Positions 8,560 to 18,617 of a DNA stretch of 40,573 bases are shown piece by piece. Each line of letters begins with the position of its first letter. The first letter of the stretch is position 1. Below the pieces are notes generated by a model. That model was not told the DNA's origin. It did no database searches and saw nothing but the letters and a program-made list of their open reading frames with translations. Origin of the DNA: an uncultured virus (IMG/VR IMGVR_UViG_3300042292_001068) (lineage: Duplodnaviria; Heunggongvirae; Uroviricota; Caudoviricetes); IMG/VR virus record IMGVR_UViG_3300042292_001068. One strand, given 5' to 3'. The position numbers and the translations under genes are program-made.

Positions 8560-9831
8560 ATGAGAAACGAAATTAAATCTCAAATTGAAAGAATAAAGGA
8601 TTCCCAATTAAAATATAGTTCTGATAAATCCAAAGAAAATAAAAAGGAATTAGAATATCTGATTAATCAAGTTTATGATGAACTCGTTAGGGGTACTGCC
8701 AATAAAGAAGAAATTGAGGAAAATACATATATTATTTCTAATGTTTTACCTATTGAAATAAAGTCATTCAATAGTAGTTGGTATATTAGTTCTTTATTAC
8801 TTGAAATACCACAAGTTGAATTAAATAAATCTCTTTGGAGTATTTTAATCAAGGGTGATTTAATTAAAAAATCAACTGCAAAAAGAGTTGATTATACAAT
8901 TAGTCCATTTAGCACAGGATTAGATAAGATTTTTAAGAAAATCGTTTCAGATGATGATTTAAACCCAAAATTACAAGGTATTAATTTTGAAGATGGTACT
9001 GCCACAGGAACGGATGCTCATAAACTTCTGCATATCGTTGCCGATAACAATAGTCAAGTAAATTACGAAACGAATGGGAATTATTATTTGGTTTCGGATA
9101 TGGAGAAAATTTATAATAAATATAATAAAGATGAAACAGATAAAACATTCAAAGAATATTACGAAAAAGTAGGTGATATAGGTCAAAAGTTTCCTATTTG
9201 GATAAAAATTGTACCACAAGATTATTTGTTTTATAAGAGTTTCGATTTGGATTATCTGAATAGTGTTTTATTAACCCTATACAAGAATAAATTAGCCAAT
9301 ACACAAACAAATGCCGTTGCGTTTGAATTTGATACAAAAGATGGCAAATTTCATATTGGTTTTAATACAGAACTATTATCTAATTTATGCGAATCAATGA
9401 TAATGGCAGGAGAAAGAATGGTTAATTTTTATTTTATATCTCCAACAAGGGGAATAGTAATAATGAATCAACAAATTAAATTTCCTAAAATAGCCAAAGA
9501 AGATTTTTATATGAAAAATAATTTTGGTTTGGCTATGCCTGTTATGTTGGATGAAAGTAGCGTTAAGGAAGGGGTTAATTATCCTTTGATTAAATACAAT
9601 GACACATACGATTTTGATATTCGTATAGGTGCTTCTCCGAGTTACAATTTGGTTCAAGGGGAAAATAAAACCAACGCAGTAAAAGAAAATAAAACAGAAT
9701 CAAAATCAGATACATACAGACAATTAATTGAAGGTTATGAATTGGCTTTGGAAATTGAAACTGATAAGAAAAAAATCAAAATGTATAATGATTTGATTGA
9801 AGGATATGAATTAGCATTAGAATTAGAATAA
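8560..9831 (+). CDS. divergent DNA polymerase III beta-clamp-like protein with a C-terminal LIEGYELALE tandem tag
   Basis: LQGINF...TGTDAHKL (cf. ATDGHRL), KFPIWIKIVP (cf. FPxYxxVIP), IGFNTELL (cf. IGFNxxYL) and LAMPVML (cf. LIMPVR), in DnaN order. Confidence 0.65.
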   Translation: MRNEIKSQIERIKDSQLKYSSDKSKENKKELEYLINQVYDELVRGTANKEEIEENTYIISNVLPIEIKSFNSSWYISSLLLEIPQVELNKSLWSILIKGDLIKKSTAKRVDYTISPFSTGLDKIFKKIVSDDDLNPKLQGINFEDGTATGTDAHKLLHIVADNNSQVNYETNGNYYLVSDMEKIYNKYNKDETDKTFKEYYEKVGDIGQKFPIWIKIVPQDYLFYKSFDLDYLNSVLLTLYKNKLANTQTNAVAFEFDTKDGKFHIGFNTELLSNLCESMIMAGERMVNFYFISPTRGIVIMNQQIKFPKIAKEDFYMKNNFGLAMPVMLDESSVKEGVNYPLIKYNDTYDFDIRIGASPSYNLVQGENKTNAVKENKTESKSDTYRQLIEGYELALEIETDKKKIKMYNDLIEGYELALELE

Positions 9832-9890
9832 CAGATATTTTTTCATACATTTGTTACTTCATTTTATCAATATAAATTGGTTACAATTAC

Positions 9891-9928
9891 AAGGGGGTTT
9901 GTCTGCCAAGCGATATACCCCCTTTTTT
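9891..9928 (+). terminator. intrinsic terminator or attenuator
   Basis: AAGGGGGT...ACCCCCTT plus T-tract. Confidence 0.75.
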
Positions 9929-9941
9929 AAAATATAAAGTA

Positions 9942-10706
9942 TTGAAAACTCTCAATAAGCAGGAAATAATAAATTATGTATTGGATAATCCATCCTACTT
10001 TGAATTTATGCCACACGAAATTCAAGGTCGTTTAAATACATCTGAAAATTTATCTATTACCGAAATACAAAAAAAGATTATTGAAGAAGTTTATTCGCCA
10101 TTGACACAAGCAGAAATAGATAAGATAACACCTGCCACTCAAAAAGCAGAAAGTGAATTGTACCCTATTTTACACAAAATTGGAATTACAATAAGTAAAC
10201 CTATGAATTGGGTAATAATTAAATCAAATAATGGCTTTAATTGGAATGTTTGCTATACGCAGGGAAGTGTTATTATTCTTTCTCAAAAAAGAATTGATAC
10301 AGACGATAATTTAGCAAGAACATTGGCTCACGAAATGATTCATATTTATCAGCGTAGATACCCAAAATTATTTAGGGAGTTATATAAGAAAAAAATGAAT
10401 TTCACAGATTTCAAACCTACGGAAAAACAATTACAAAAAATTGATGAATTAGGTATTGATAAAATATATGTGGAAAATCCCGATAATTGCCAATTAGGTT
10501 TAATGGTTTACAATAAAAAGTATTTACCAATTACGATTATTTTACCTAACGAAAAACAACCTATGAATATCGTTCTTGAATTAACAGATGATGATGTTAT
10601 TTGGGATAAAGAAAAGAAGCATCAGATGAACGCATACGATAAGGTACGGCTTGACCAACCGAATGAAATGTTTGCATATATGGTAACAAAAAATATAAAT
10701 TATTGA
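9942..10706 (+). CDS. HEXXH zinc metallopeptidase-like protein
   Basis: TLAHEMIHIYQR...ENPD...QPNEMFAY (candidate third ligand Glu); TTG start. Confidence 0.75.
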   Translation: MKTLNKQEIINYVLDNPSYFEFMPHEIQGRLNTSENLSITEIQKKIIEEVYSPLTQAEIDKITPATQKAESELYPILHKIGITISKPMNWVIIKSNNGFNWNVCYTQGSVIILSQKRIDTDDNLARTLAHEMIHIYQRRYPKLFRELYKKKMNFTDFKPTEKQLQKIDELGIDKIYVENPDNCQLGLMVYNKKYLPITIILPNEKQPMNIVLELTDDDVIWDKEKKHQMNAYDKVRLDQPNEMFAYMVTKNINY

Positions 10707-10708
10707 TT

Positions 10709-10837
10709 ATGGAAGAAAACGAAGTAACAGGTTTGGATGAAAGAACTATGTTTATGAGTAGGGCAATCGGTGTTGCATTGATTGTTGTAGGAATATATGG
10801 ACTTTATTTCGCATACAAAATATACAAGGGTAAATAA
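10709..10837 (+). CDS. small single-TM membrane protein (42 aa)
   Basis: Not in the track: MEENEVTGLDERTMFMSRAIGVALIVVGIYGLYFAYKIYKGK; starts 2 nt after the upstream stop. Confidence 0.65.
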   Translation: MEENEVTGLDERTMFMSRAIGVALIVVGIYGLYFAYKIYKGK

Positions 10838-10856
10838 AATAGATTAAATTTGTTTT

Positions 10857-11210
10857 ATGGATAAGAAAATTGTTATTGGATTACTTGTAGTAACAGGTTT
10901 GGTTGTTGGATATTATTATTTCAGCAAAAAACCATCTGTCGCTAAAAAAGATTATACAAATAAAGCATTGGCTACTCAAAAAGATGGACTTGATTTTTAC
11001 ACGAAACTATCTACCGAAGGAAATTGGGCGTATAGCGATGAAGGTATTGGTAGATTCATAATATTGTATAGCGAAAATGTTACAAAAGGAAAGCACAATC
11101 AAATGATGGACATATTGAATAGTTCCAAAGTAAATAGAAGTGCCGACCAAACTAAAATAATTGATGATACTTTCGATAGTGTTGTAGAAAAAATTAAAAA
11201 TAAAAATTAA
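10857..11210 (+). CDS. N-terminally anchored membrane protein, paralogue family A
   Basis: MDKKIVIGLLVVTGLVVGYYYFSKK anchor; FIILYSENVTKGKH is similar to 25052 and 33261. Confidence 0.8.
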   Translation: MDKKIVIGLLVVTGLVVGYYYFSKKPSVAKKDYTNKALATQKDGLDFYTKLSTEGNWAYSDEGIGRFIILYSENVTKGKHNQMMDILNSSKVNRSADQTKIIDDTFDSVVEKIKNKN

Positions 11211-11211
11211 A

Positions 11212-11397
11212 ATGGATAAGACAACAAAAACATTACTCGTAGGTGCAGGTGCAACAGGTGTAGCATTTGCCGTTCATAAGTTCTCAAAAGTTAAGGTAAA
11301 CCCTTATATTTTAGGTGGTGCAGTATTAATTGCTACTATTGGTGCTTATATGTATTTTGACAAACAAGAAAAAACTATTTCAATAACTATTGATTAG
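11212..11397 (+). CDS. small two-TM membrane protein
   Basis: Hydrophobic segments LLVGAGATGVAFAV and YILGGAVLIATIGAYMYF. Confidence 0.75.
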   Translation: MDKTTKTLLVGAGATGVAFAVHKFSKVKVNPYILGGAVLIATIGAYMYFDKQEKTISITID

Positions 11398-11419
11398 TTT
11401 TAATTACTCTCCAAGAATT

Positions 11420-11451
11420 AATCCCTTCAATTATTTGTTGGGGTTTTTTTT
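11420..11451 (+). terminator. intrinsic terminator (ATCCC..TTCA/TGTTGGGG family)
   Basis: AATCCCTTCAATTATTTGTTGGGGTTTTTTTT. Confidence 0.75.
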
Positions 11452-11504
11452 GTATCATAAAATATAGTATTTTTGTTAGTGATTTACATATAATATATAA
11501 ATAT

Positions 11505-13553
11505 ATGAGTAATAGTGTTTTTAGGGTAGTAAGTGCAGGAACAACATTCCTTTCGCCTACTGACTTCTATGTAAAAATAGATTCATCCACAGGTGCAGTT
11601 CAAATTGTTCTGCCAAATAGTGCGAGTATATTCCAAAATACAAATGCTACAAATACGGCATACAATTATCTCGGTGTTCGCTTTTTAGATTCATCAAACA
11701 ATGCTTCTGTTAATAATATAACAATTACAGGTTTTGAAAATGATTTAATTAATGGGCAATCAAGTATAGTTTTAGATACCGATGGTGTAGGTGGTATTTT
11801 AACTTTAATTGGTGAAGGTCAATGGTCTTATCAAAATAATTCGTCAAGTGGTGGTGGTGTTATCCAAGAAGATACAGGTATTGGTTCATCTGTTCGTATT
11901 GATAGCGGAAATACTGCGAGTGCAGATTATTCAACGGCATTAGGTGTTAGTAACAATGTAAATTCACTTGCTTCCTCTGTTAATGGGAAAGATAACTCTA
12001 TTGGAACAACATCTATTATTTGCGGTGCTGATTTAGGTATTCCTCAATTTATTGGTGGTGGGTGTGCTAATAGCATCGGAAATACTAATTCAAATTATTA
12101 TAGTGGTGGAAATGTTATCGTTGGTGGAAGTAACAATAATACAGGTGTCGGTGATAGTTCCTTAAATTTTATTGGTAGCGGTAGAAATCATACCATAGAT
12201 GGTTCTCTATCATTTATCGGTGGTGGAATACAGAATAAAAGTATAGGCGGTTCGGATGGAACATTTATTGGTGGTGGTAATGGTAATACGATAGGAACAT
12301 TATCTTTGGGTTCATTAATTGTTGGTGGTACAGGTAATGTTATTCAGAATAAATCTTGCGGTTCATCAATACTTGGTGGGGGTAAAAATACAATTATTTG
12401 TGCATTGAGTTCTAACATATTGGGTGGTGTTAATAACGATATTAATAGGCACGAATCAGCAACTATTGGCGGTGGTAATGGTAATTCAATAAGTAACATT
12501 TGCCTTACCAAAGATAGTGCGTTTTCTACAATTAGTGGTGGATTAAATAATGACACCTGTAATGGTTCGAGAGATGTAATTGGTGGGGGTTCATTTAATT
12601 CGCAAATATCCTGTAATAATTCTACATCACTTTGTAATACATTTGCATTAAGTAGTGGAACAATTAGTGGTGGGTATCGTAACACAATTACTCATTGTAT
12701 TGATGTTGCATCCGTTGGTGGTTCTCTTGCATTAGGACACAATACTATTGCAGGTGGTTGTTGCAATAAAGCAGGTAAAACAATATCTTCATATCAAATA
12801 TCGGGATATTCTTCCGTTGGTGGGGGTGCTTGTAATTTAGCAACAGGTGGTGTTAGCACCATTTCGGGCGGTGGCACGAATACGGCAAGTTCAGATTATG
12901 GAACAATCGGTGGGGGATATTTTAATACGGCAAGTAATTATAGAGCAGGTGTATTTACAGGAAGTCAAAACACGGCAAATGCTTGTTCATCCGTAATTGG
13001 TGGCGGTGCATTAAATATAACAACACTTGGTAGTTTTTCTTCCATTTTGGGCGGTTTGTCAAATGCAACGGCATCTGCATATTCTTTTATCGGTGGCGGT
13101 TTTAACAATACTATAACGGCATCGGGATATACTTCAACTATCGGTGGCGGTGGAAACAATACAATTTCATCTTACTATGCTTTCGTAGGTGGCGGTAGGC
13201 AACATTCAGTTTCGGGTCAGTACGCAAGTGTAATAGGGGGGCGAACAAATGTGGCAAGTGGTAATTACTCTACTATTTCGGGTTTAAATAATACAGGAAG
13301 TAATTCGTATAGTGTTGTAATGGGTCAAAATAATATTTCAAATGGAGTAGGTTCATCTATATTTGGTCGTGGAAATGGAGATTGTGGTAATTCTGACACT
13401 CATATTTTAGGGTGTAATATACCTGCAAACAGAGGTGGAACATTATTTTCTAACAGATTATCTGTAACTCAATTAGATAATTGCACGGCATTACCACCGC
13501 AATTCGGTCTTTATTATGACACGACTACTTGTGTAGTATATTATGTACCTTAA
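11505..13553 (+). CDS. fibre/adhesin protein 1: shared N-terminal anchor domain plus Gly-rich (S/F)IGGGxxN beta-solenoid repeats
   Basis: First ~110 aa closely similar to 20500 and 33780; about 30 imperfect ~14-15-aa repeats; TATTTTTG box at 11468-11475. Confidence 0.8.
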   Translation: MSNSVFRVVSAGTTFLSPTDFYVKIDSSTGAVQIVLPNSASIFQNTNATNTAYNYLGVRFLDSSNNASVNNITITGFENDLINGQSSIVLDTDGVGGILTLIGEGQWSYQNNSSSGGGVIQEDTGIGSSVRIDSGNTASADYSTALGVSNNVNSLASSVNGKDNSIGTTSIICGADLGIPQFIGGGCANSIGNTNSNYYSGGNVIVGGSNNNTGVGDSSLNFIGSGRNHTIDGSLSFIGGGIQNKSIGGSDGTFIGGGNGNTIGTLSLGSLIVGGTGNVIQNKSCGSSILGGGKNTIICALSSNILGGVNNDINRHESATIGGGNGNSISNICLTKDSAFSTISGGLNNDTCNGSRDVIGGGSFNSQISCNNSTSLCNTFALSSGTISGGYRNTITHCIDVASVGGSLALGHNTIAGGCCNKAGKTISSYQISGYSSVGGGACNLATGGVSTISGGGTNTASSDYGTIGGGYFNTASNYRAGVFTGSQNTANACSSVIGGGALNITTLGSFSSILGGLSNATASAYSFIGGGFNNTITASGYTSTIGGGGNNTISSYYAFVGGGRQHSVSGQYASVIGGRTNVASGNYSTISGLNNTGSNSYSVVMGQNNISNGVGSSIFGRGNGDCGNSDTHILGCNIPANRGGTLFSNRLSVTQLDNCTALPPQFGLYYDTTTCVVYYVP

Positions 13554-13564
13554 AAAATTAAAAA

Positions 13565-13942
13565 ATGGCAATCGAAAAAGTAAATACAGATTTTAATGTT
13601 CTTAACGCATTTCAGTTTATAGACAATGTAAACTTAATTGTAAATCAAGAAAGTGAATTTAATACTTCTCTAAAATCAGTTCCATCATTCGGAGATTTTA
13701 TGAGAGAATTAGTAACCAAACTACCAAGTAATTTTAATAAGGAACAATTAAGTAGTATCGTAATTGTTAATAAACAATATGCGAAACTAAATTCAAGTTT
13801 CCCGAAAGGAAAAATATTAAAAAGGGGTCTTATTTATGAATATATAGTACCTTATAACCAATTTGATTTGGTTCTTTTAGACAAAACTATTGTGGAAATA
13901 AAAACAGGTCAAAGACCATTTCCACCGAAGGAGAATTTGTAA
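13565..13942 (+). CDS. fibre-associated protein, paralogue family B (divergent)
   Basis: KSVPS...KLPS...SSIVIVNKQY resembles SSVPS...KPS...STIIVVNGYY of 15913; directly after fibre 1. Confidence 0.65.
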   Translation: MAIEKVNTDFNVLNAFQFIDNVNLIVNQESEFNTSLKSVPSFGDFMRELVTKLPSNFNKEQLSSIVIVNKQYAKLNSSFPKGKILKRGLIYEYIVPYNQFDLVLLDKTIVEIKTGQRPFPPKENL

Positions 13943-13945
13943 TTT

Positions 13946-14248
13946 ATGCCCTTATTGTTTACGAGAATATCATTGAATAGTGATTCTATATCAATTAATT
14001 TGACTAATTATTCTTTCCAATTAAAGCAAACAGAATTTAATTTAACTAAACTGAAAAAATATCTTTCAGAGTTAGTTGATTTTGAATACGAATATGTAAA
14101 CATAGATAATGAAATAAGCATCTATTTTTGTAATGAGAATTTTCATAAAAAATGTTTTATTCGTTGGGATAAATTGGATAAAGAAAGAATATTGGAAATA
14201 GCGGAAGAAATTATTGAAGAAATACCATTTGAAGGTGAAATCAATTAA
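13946..14248 (+). CDS. hypothetical protein
   Basis: 100-aa ATG ORF in the operon. Confidence 0.7.
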   Translation: MPLLFTRISLNSDSISINLTNYSFQLKQTEFNLTKLKKYLSELVDFEYEYVNIDNEISIYFCNENFHKKCFIRWDKLDKERILEIAEEIIEEIPFEGEIN

Positions 14249-15170
14249 TATAGAATTAGAACAGGAAGAATTACTTTTTATTAAAGGCGGTTTAATTGAA
14301 AATAGCGAAGGCGGTATTTACAATTCATCCTATTTTGAATTAAATGAAAAAAAGTATCTTATAAGTCGGGTAGAGAAAAATAATGAACTTGACAGGAAGG
14401 AAAGGCATACTCAACATAGACCTGTTATTTTTTTATTGAATGATGATTTCACAATAAATTCAAGTATTGATTTGGATTTTATTTATGATGGAGATATTGA
14501 TTCAAGGTTAGAAGAATTAGGGGTACAATTAAGTGGTTATCAAAATTACCGAATAGAAGATTATAGAGTATTCAGTTGGAATAATGAACTATGGTCAAAT
14601 CACATACTAAATGTTGGAAGAACAAGACCTGTATTATCTAAAATAAACTTTGAATCCAATAAATTAGAGCATAAAAAAATTAAGGTTTTTAGATTGCTCA
14701 ATAATATAGAGAAAAATTGGCTATTTTTTGAGCATAAATCAAAATTGAAATTTATCTATTCCATAAATCCATTTGTGGTTATGTCAAGTGCCGATGGATA
14801 TGAATTTCAAAAAGAATTAATTATTAAACTTCCATTAGATAAAAAACACTTTTGGTCGGGTTCAACAAATCCTGTTTCGTTTGACGATAAAAACTATATC
14901 TTCTTCGTTCATTATAGAGATGAAAATAAAGTATATTGTCATCACCTTGTTTTAATAGATAAAGAAACTCTTGAACCAATTTTAATATCTGAAAATCCTA
15001 TTTTTAGAGAAGAAGAAACAGAAGGGTTCAAAAATGGTGTTTTATATTTAATGTCGCATACAAGAATAAATGATAGCGATTGGATATTTTCTTTTGGATT
15101 CGGGGATTATAATACCAAATTGATAAAAATAAAGCACGAAGAATTAATCAATCAAATTCAGCCGATATGA
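14214..15170 (+). CDS. five-bladed beta-propeller carbohydrate-active enzyme (GH130 / beta-mannosyltransferase-like)
   Basis: YNSS, IEDYRVF, EKNWLFF, YSINPF, SGST and SFGFGD motifs; start may be GTG 14235. Confidence 0.65.
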   Translation: MKKYHLKVKSINIELEQEELLFIKGGLIENSEGGIYNSSYFELNEKKYLISRVEKNNELDRKERHTQHRPVIFLLNDDFTINSSIDLDFIYDGDIDSRLEELGVQLSGYQNYRIEDYRVFSWNNELWSNHILNVGRTRPVLSKINFESNKLEHKKIKVFRLLNNIEKNWLFFEHKSKLKFIYSINPFVVMSSADGYEFQKELIIKLPLDKKHFWSGSTNPVSFDDKNYIFFVHYRDENKVYCHHLVLIDKETLEPILISENPIFREEETEGFKNGVLYLMSHTRINDSDWIFSFGFGDYNTKLIKIKHEELINQIQPI

Positions 15171-15889
15171 TAAAGAGAATACTTGTTAGGGGTGAAAGAT
15201 GCACAGGAACAAATTATTTATTTAAACTGATTGAAAAAAACCTAAATACAATTACGCTATGTAGTGATTTGGGTTGGAAACATTCTTATATCAATGTGTT
15301 CAATAAAAACCTGTATCTCCAAGATGAATACCTAACAATTTTTATGTTCAGAAATCCTGTTGATTGGATTGGCTCAATGTATTATCATCTTTGGCATTTT
15401 GATAGAAAAGAATATCCAACTATATCATCATTTATTCGGGAAGAACCAAAACAGATAATTCAAGGATTAAGGGAATTGGTTGAAAAATATCCTATGGACA
15501 CGGAATTGTATTGGGAAAGGCATCCTTTTACATACGATAAGCCAACTAACATTTGTGATTTAAGGAATTGGAAAAACGAGAACTTTTTATCTACACCAAA
15601 AATACTTGGAAATGTAATGTTTATCACTTATGAAGAATTATACTCAAACCCAAAGGGAATAATCAATCAAATCAACGATAAATATGTTCATCAGAAAATT
15701 GGGAATTTTGAAAATGTTACCGATTATAAAGGGATTGAAAGAAAGGGGCAATACTTTCCAAAAAAATATGAATTAATATCAGAAGAAGATTTTCAATTTA
15801 TTAAATCAAACCTAAATTGGGAATTGGAAAATGCAATCGGATATACGGAAGAAAATGTGAATTATTACTACGATAAATCTAAAAAATAA
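15167..15889 (+). CDS. PAPS-dependent sulfotransferase-like protein
   Basis: GERCTGTNYL (5'-PSB-like), FRNPVDWIGSMY (3'-PB-like), ITYEEL. Confidence 0.7.
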   Translation: MIKRILVRGERCTGTNYLFKLIEKNLNTITLCSDLGWKHSYINVFNKNLYLQDEYLTIFMFRNPVDWIGSMYYHLWHFDRKEYPTISSFIREEPKQIIQGLRELVEKYPMDTELYWERHPFTYDKPTNICDLRNWKNENFLSTPKILGNVMFITYEELYSNPKGIINQINDKYVHQKIGNFENVTDYKGIERKGQYFPKKYELISEEDFQFIKSNLNWELENAIGYTEENVNYYYDKSKK

Positions 15890-15912
15890 TTATATTTACA
15901 AAAAAAAATAGT

Positions 15913-16212
15913 ATGTCAGAATTTAACACTTTATACATTTTTGGTAGTAATGAAATCCAATTAGTAGGGAAAGATACTAATATCATAAAGCCGTTTAGTT
16001 CAGTTCCATCCATTATTAGTTTAATACTAAACATATATCAACAAAAACCATCTGATTTGAATATACCGAATCAGTATAGCACTATTATTGTTGTTAATGG
16101 ATATTACGGAGAATATACTCCTTCTGATACAACAAATCCAATGTTCAGAATAAAATATCTTGATATTGATGAAAGCACTTTAACCGATGTAATCAACGAT
16201 ATGAAATCCTAA
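15913..16212 (+). CDS. fibre-associated protein, paralogue family B
   Basis: FNTLYIFGSNEIQLV...IYQQKP...IKYLDID aligns with WKTLHIFGYGETELV...VYGKKP...IEYNHID of 20021. Confidence 0.75.
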   Translation: MSEFNTLYIFGSNEIQLVGKDTNIIKPFSSVPSIISLILNIYQQKPSDLNIPNQYSTIIVVNGYYGEYTPSDTTNPMFRIKYLDIDESTLTDVINDMKS

Positions 16213-16239
16213 AAATAGTAATTTATATAAACGAGCAAT

Positions 16240-17115
16240 ATGAAAAACATAATCTTCAACATTGAAGGTGGTATTGGTAAATCTATTATGGCAACTGCCG
16301 TATGCGAAGCAATTAAAAAACAATATCCAAAAGACAGGTTAATAGTAGTAACTGCATATCCCGAAGTGTTCCTTTGCAATCCTAATGTAGATAGATGCTT
16401 TAATTACAATCAACTATCTTATTTCTATAAAGAATTTATTGAAGATAATAATTTCAAAGCGTTTTTACATAATCCATATTTGGAAACTAATTTCCTTCAA
16501 AGAAAAGAGCATTTAATTGATACTTGGTGTTCTATGTTTGGTATTAAATATGAAAACGAACAACCTAAATTATATTTAACCCAAAGAGAAAAGGATTTCT
16601 ATTCAAGACAATTCAGTTCCGATAAACCTATTTTTGTTTTACAAACAAATGGTGGTGCAGGTAATCAAGAAATAAAGTATTCTTGGTCAAGGGATATTCC
16701 TGTGAGTGTTGCTCAACAAGTAGTAAATGAATTTTCAAAAGAATTTAATGTAGTTCATATTCGTAGGCAAGACCAAATTGAATTACAAAATACAACGCCT
16801 GTTCACGCAGATTTTAGAGCATTATTCGGACTGATAAATATATCTCAAAAAAGATTATTTATGGATAGTTTCGGGCAACATACTGCACAAGGTTTGGAAT
16901 TGGATTCAGTAGTTTGTTGGATTGGTAATACACCTGTTCAATTCGGTTATGAAAATAACATAAACATTATCGCAAAAGAAGAAACTAAAAAACCCGAATT
17001 AAAAAATTCATTTTTAAGTAAATACAATATTGTTGGTGATTTAACAGAGTTTCCATACAATAATGAAAAGGAAATATTTGATGTAGAAGAAATTATTCAA
17101 GCGTTAAGAAAATAA
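16240..17115 (+). CDS. GT-B fold glycosyltransferase (GT9 / heptosyltransferase-like)
   Basis: GGIGKSIMATAV...IKKQYP...NPNV; SRDIP; FMDSFGQH; W...P..FGY. Confidence 0.75.
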   Translation: MKNIIFNIEGGIGKSIMATAVCEAIKKQYPKDRLIVVTAYPEVFLCNPNVDRCFNYNQLSYFYKEFIEDNNFKAFLHNPYLETNFLQRKEHLIDTWCSMFGIKYENEQPKLYLTQREKDFYSRQFSSDKPIFVLQTNGGAGNQEIKYSWSRDIPVSVAQQVVNEFSKEFNVVHIRRQDQIELQNTTPVHADFRALFGLINISQKRLFMDSFGQHTAQGLELDSVVCWIGNTPVQFGYENNINIIAKEETKKPELKNSFLSKYNIVGDLTEFPYNNEKEIFDVEEIIQALRK

Positions 17116-17116
17116 A

Positions 17117-17950
17117 ATGGTAGAGCAGATTTTTTTTCAAAGTAGTATGCCCCGAAGTGGTAGCACTATTTTTCAGAATTTAATGGGGCAGAATCCCGAT
17201 TTTTATGTAACGCCAACATCGGGAGTTTTAGAATTGATTTTTGGTGCAAGAGCCAATTTCAGCACATCACCCGAATTTAAAGCACAAGACAATTCTTTAA
17301 TGGAAGCAGGTTTTAAGGAGTTCTGCAATAAAGGAATGTATGGTTTTTATAATGCGGTTACAGATAAGAAATATGTATTAGATAAATCAAGGGGATGGGG
17401 AGTTTATAGACCTTTCTTAAATGAAGTTTATCCTAATCCTAAAATTATATGTATGGTTCGTGATTTGCGTTCTGTTGTCGCTTCCTACGAAAAGATATAC
17501 AGAAAGAATCAATTACGCCAAGACCCAATAAGAAACGATGCCACAGGCACAGGAACAACTATTCACAAAAGGGTAGATGAATGGGTGCATCCAACAAATA
17601 CAATCGGTAGAGCCGTTGAAAGAATATTTGAAATAAACCGATTGGGTTATCAAGATAAAATATTATTCGTTAAATATGAAGATTTATGTCTTTATACTGA
17701 AATGGAAATGAAGCGAATTTATGAGTATTTAGAATTGCCGTATTTTCAGCACGATTTTGATAAGATTGAGCAAATTACAAGTGAAGATGATGCAATCTAT
17801 GGACTTACAAAAGACCTTCATACGATAAGACCTAAATTAGAATTAAATAATCCCGATTATCACGATATTTTAGGTAAAGATGTATGTAGTTGGATTTACA
17901 ATACTTATAAATGGTATTTTGATATGTTTCAATACAAGGGCAATTATTAA
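17117..17950 (+). CDS. sulfotransferase (Sulfotransfer_1/3-like)
   Basis: SMPRSGSTI, DKSR.W, VRDLRSVVAS and VKYEDL motifs. Confidence 0.85.
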   Translation: MVEQIFFQSSMPRSGSTIFQNLMGQNPDFYVTPTSGVLELIFGARANFSTSPEFKAQDNSLMEAGFKEFCNKGMYGFYNAVTDKKYVLDKSRGWGVYRPFLNEVYPNPKIICMVRDLRSVVASYEKIYRKNQLRQDPIRNDATGTGTTIHKRVDEWVHPTNTIGRAVERIFEINRLGYQDKILFVKYEDLCLYTEMEMKRIYEYLELPYFQHDFDKIEQITSEDDAIYGLTKDLHTIRPKLELNNPDYHDILGKDVCSWIYNTYKWYFDMFQYKGNY

Positions 17951-18585
17951 TACCCAAAGTATTCAATATACTCTTTGAAATATTCCCTTACGATTGATTC
18001 AGTTGTTTCATTATATAATGACATATAATCGTCTGTGTATCTTCTTTTAGATGCTACATAATGACCTAATGTGCGGTTTGACACAGGTAGTTTTAAGTGG
18101 CTTGATATTCTGTCTATATCTTCCTGTAAGTTTTCGTATCTGATAAAATCATCAATAATTATTGAATTGTTTATTTTGTATATTTTTGAATCTCTCTTTT
18201 TTATTTTCTCTAAATTGGATGAATCAAGTATAAATTCATCAAATGTTAAATCTTTATTCTTGTGATAATAGAAATAATTACTGACTACCAAATCAAAAGG
18301 ATTTCTAACATTACAGAATTTATAATATGAATTGAAAATATCATCACCAATGTTGCTCTTTAATTTTTTAGCAGGTTGATGGTTAATGTATTTCAAATCT
18401 TCTTCACGAAATAGTTTCTTAAACTTTCTTGCACCAATTATTCCTTTTTCAGAAATAGTTTCTAATCTCTCTCTTTGTTCAGTTAGATTATCTGCACAAT
18501 ATTGCTCAAAATAAACATCCGTTGTAGTTGATGCAGTTTTGAATGTCTTTAAAAAAATAAACTTGTGTTCAAAAGAAATAAGCAT
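17947..18585 (-). CDS. sulfotransferase (Sulfotransfer_2-like)
   Basis: FIFLKTFKTASTT, VRNPFDLVVSNY and IRYENLQED; convergent, with overlapping stop codons. Confidence 0.85.
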   Translation of the reverse strand: MLISFEHKFIFLKTFKTASTTTDVYFEQYCADNLTEQRERLETISEKGIIGARKFKKLFREEDLKYINHQPAKKLKSNIGDDIFNSYYKFCNVRNPFDLVVSNYFYYHKNKDLTFDEFILDSSNLEKIKKRDSKIYKINNSIIIDDFIRYENLQEDIDRISSHLKLPVSNRTLGHYVASKRRYTDDYMSLYNETTESIVREYFKEYIEYFGY

Positions 18586-18617
18586 AATGTTTGTATATTT
18601 GATTAAAATATTAAGTT

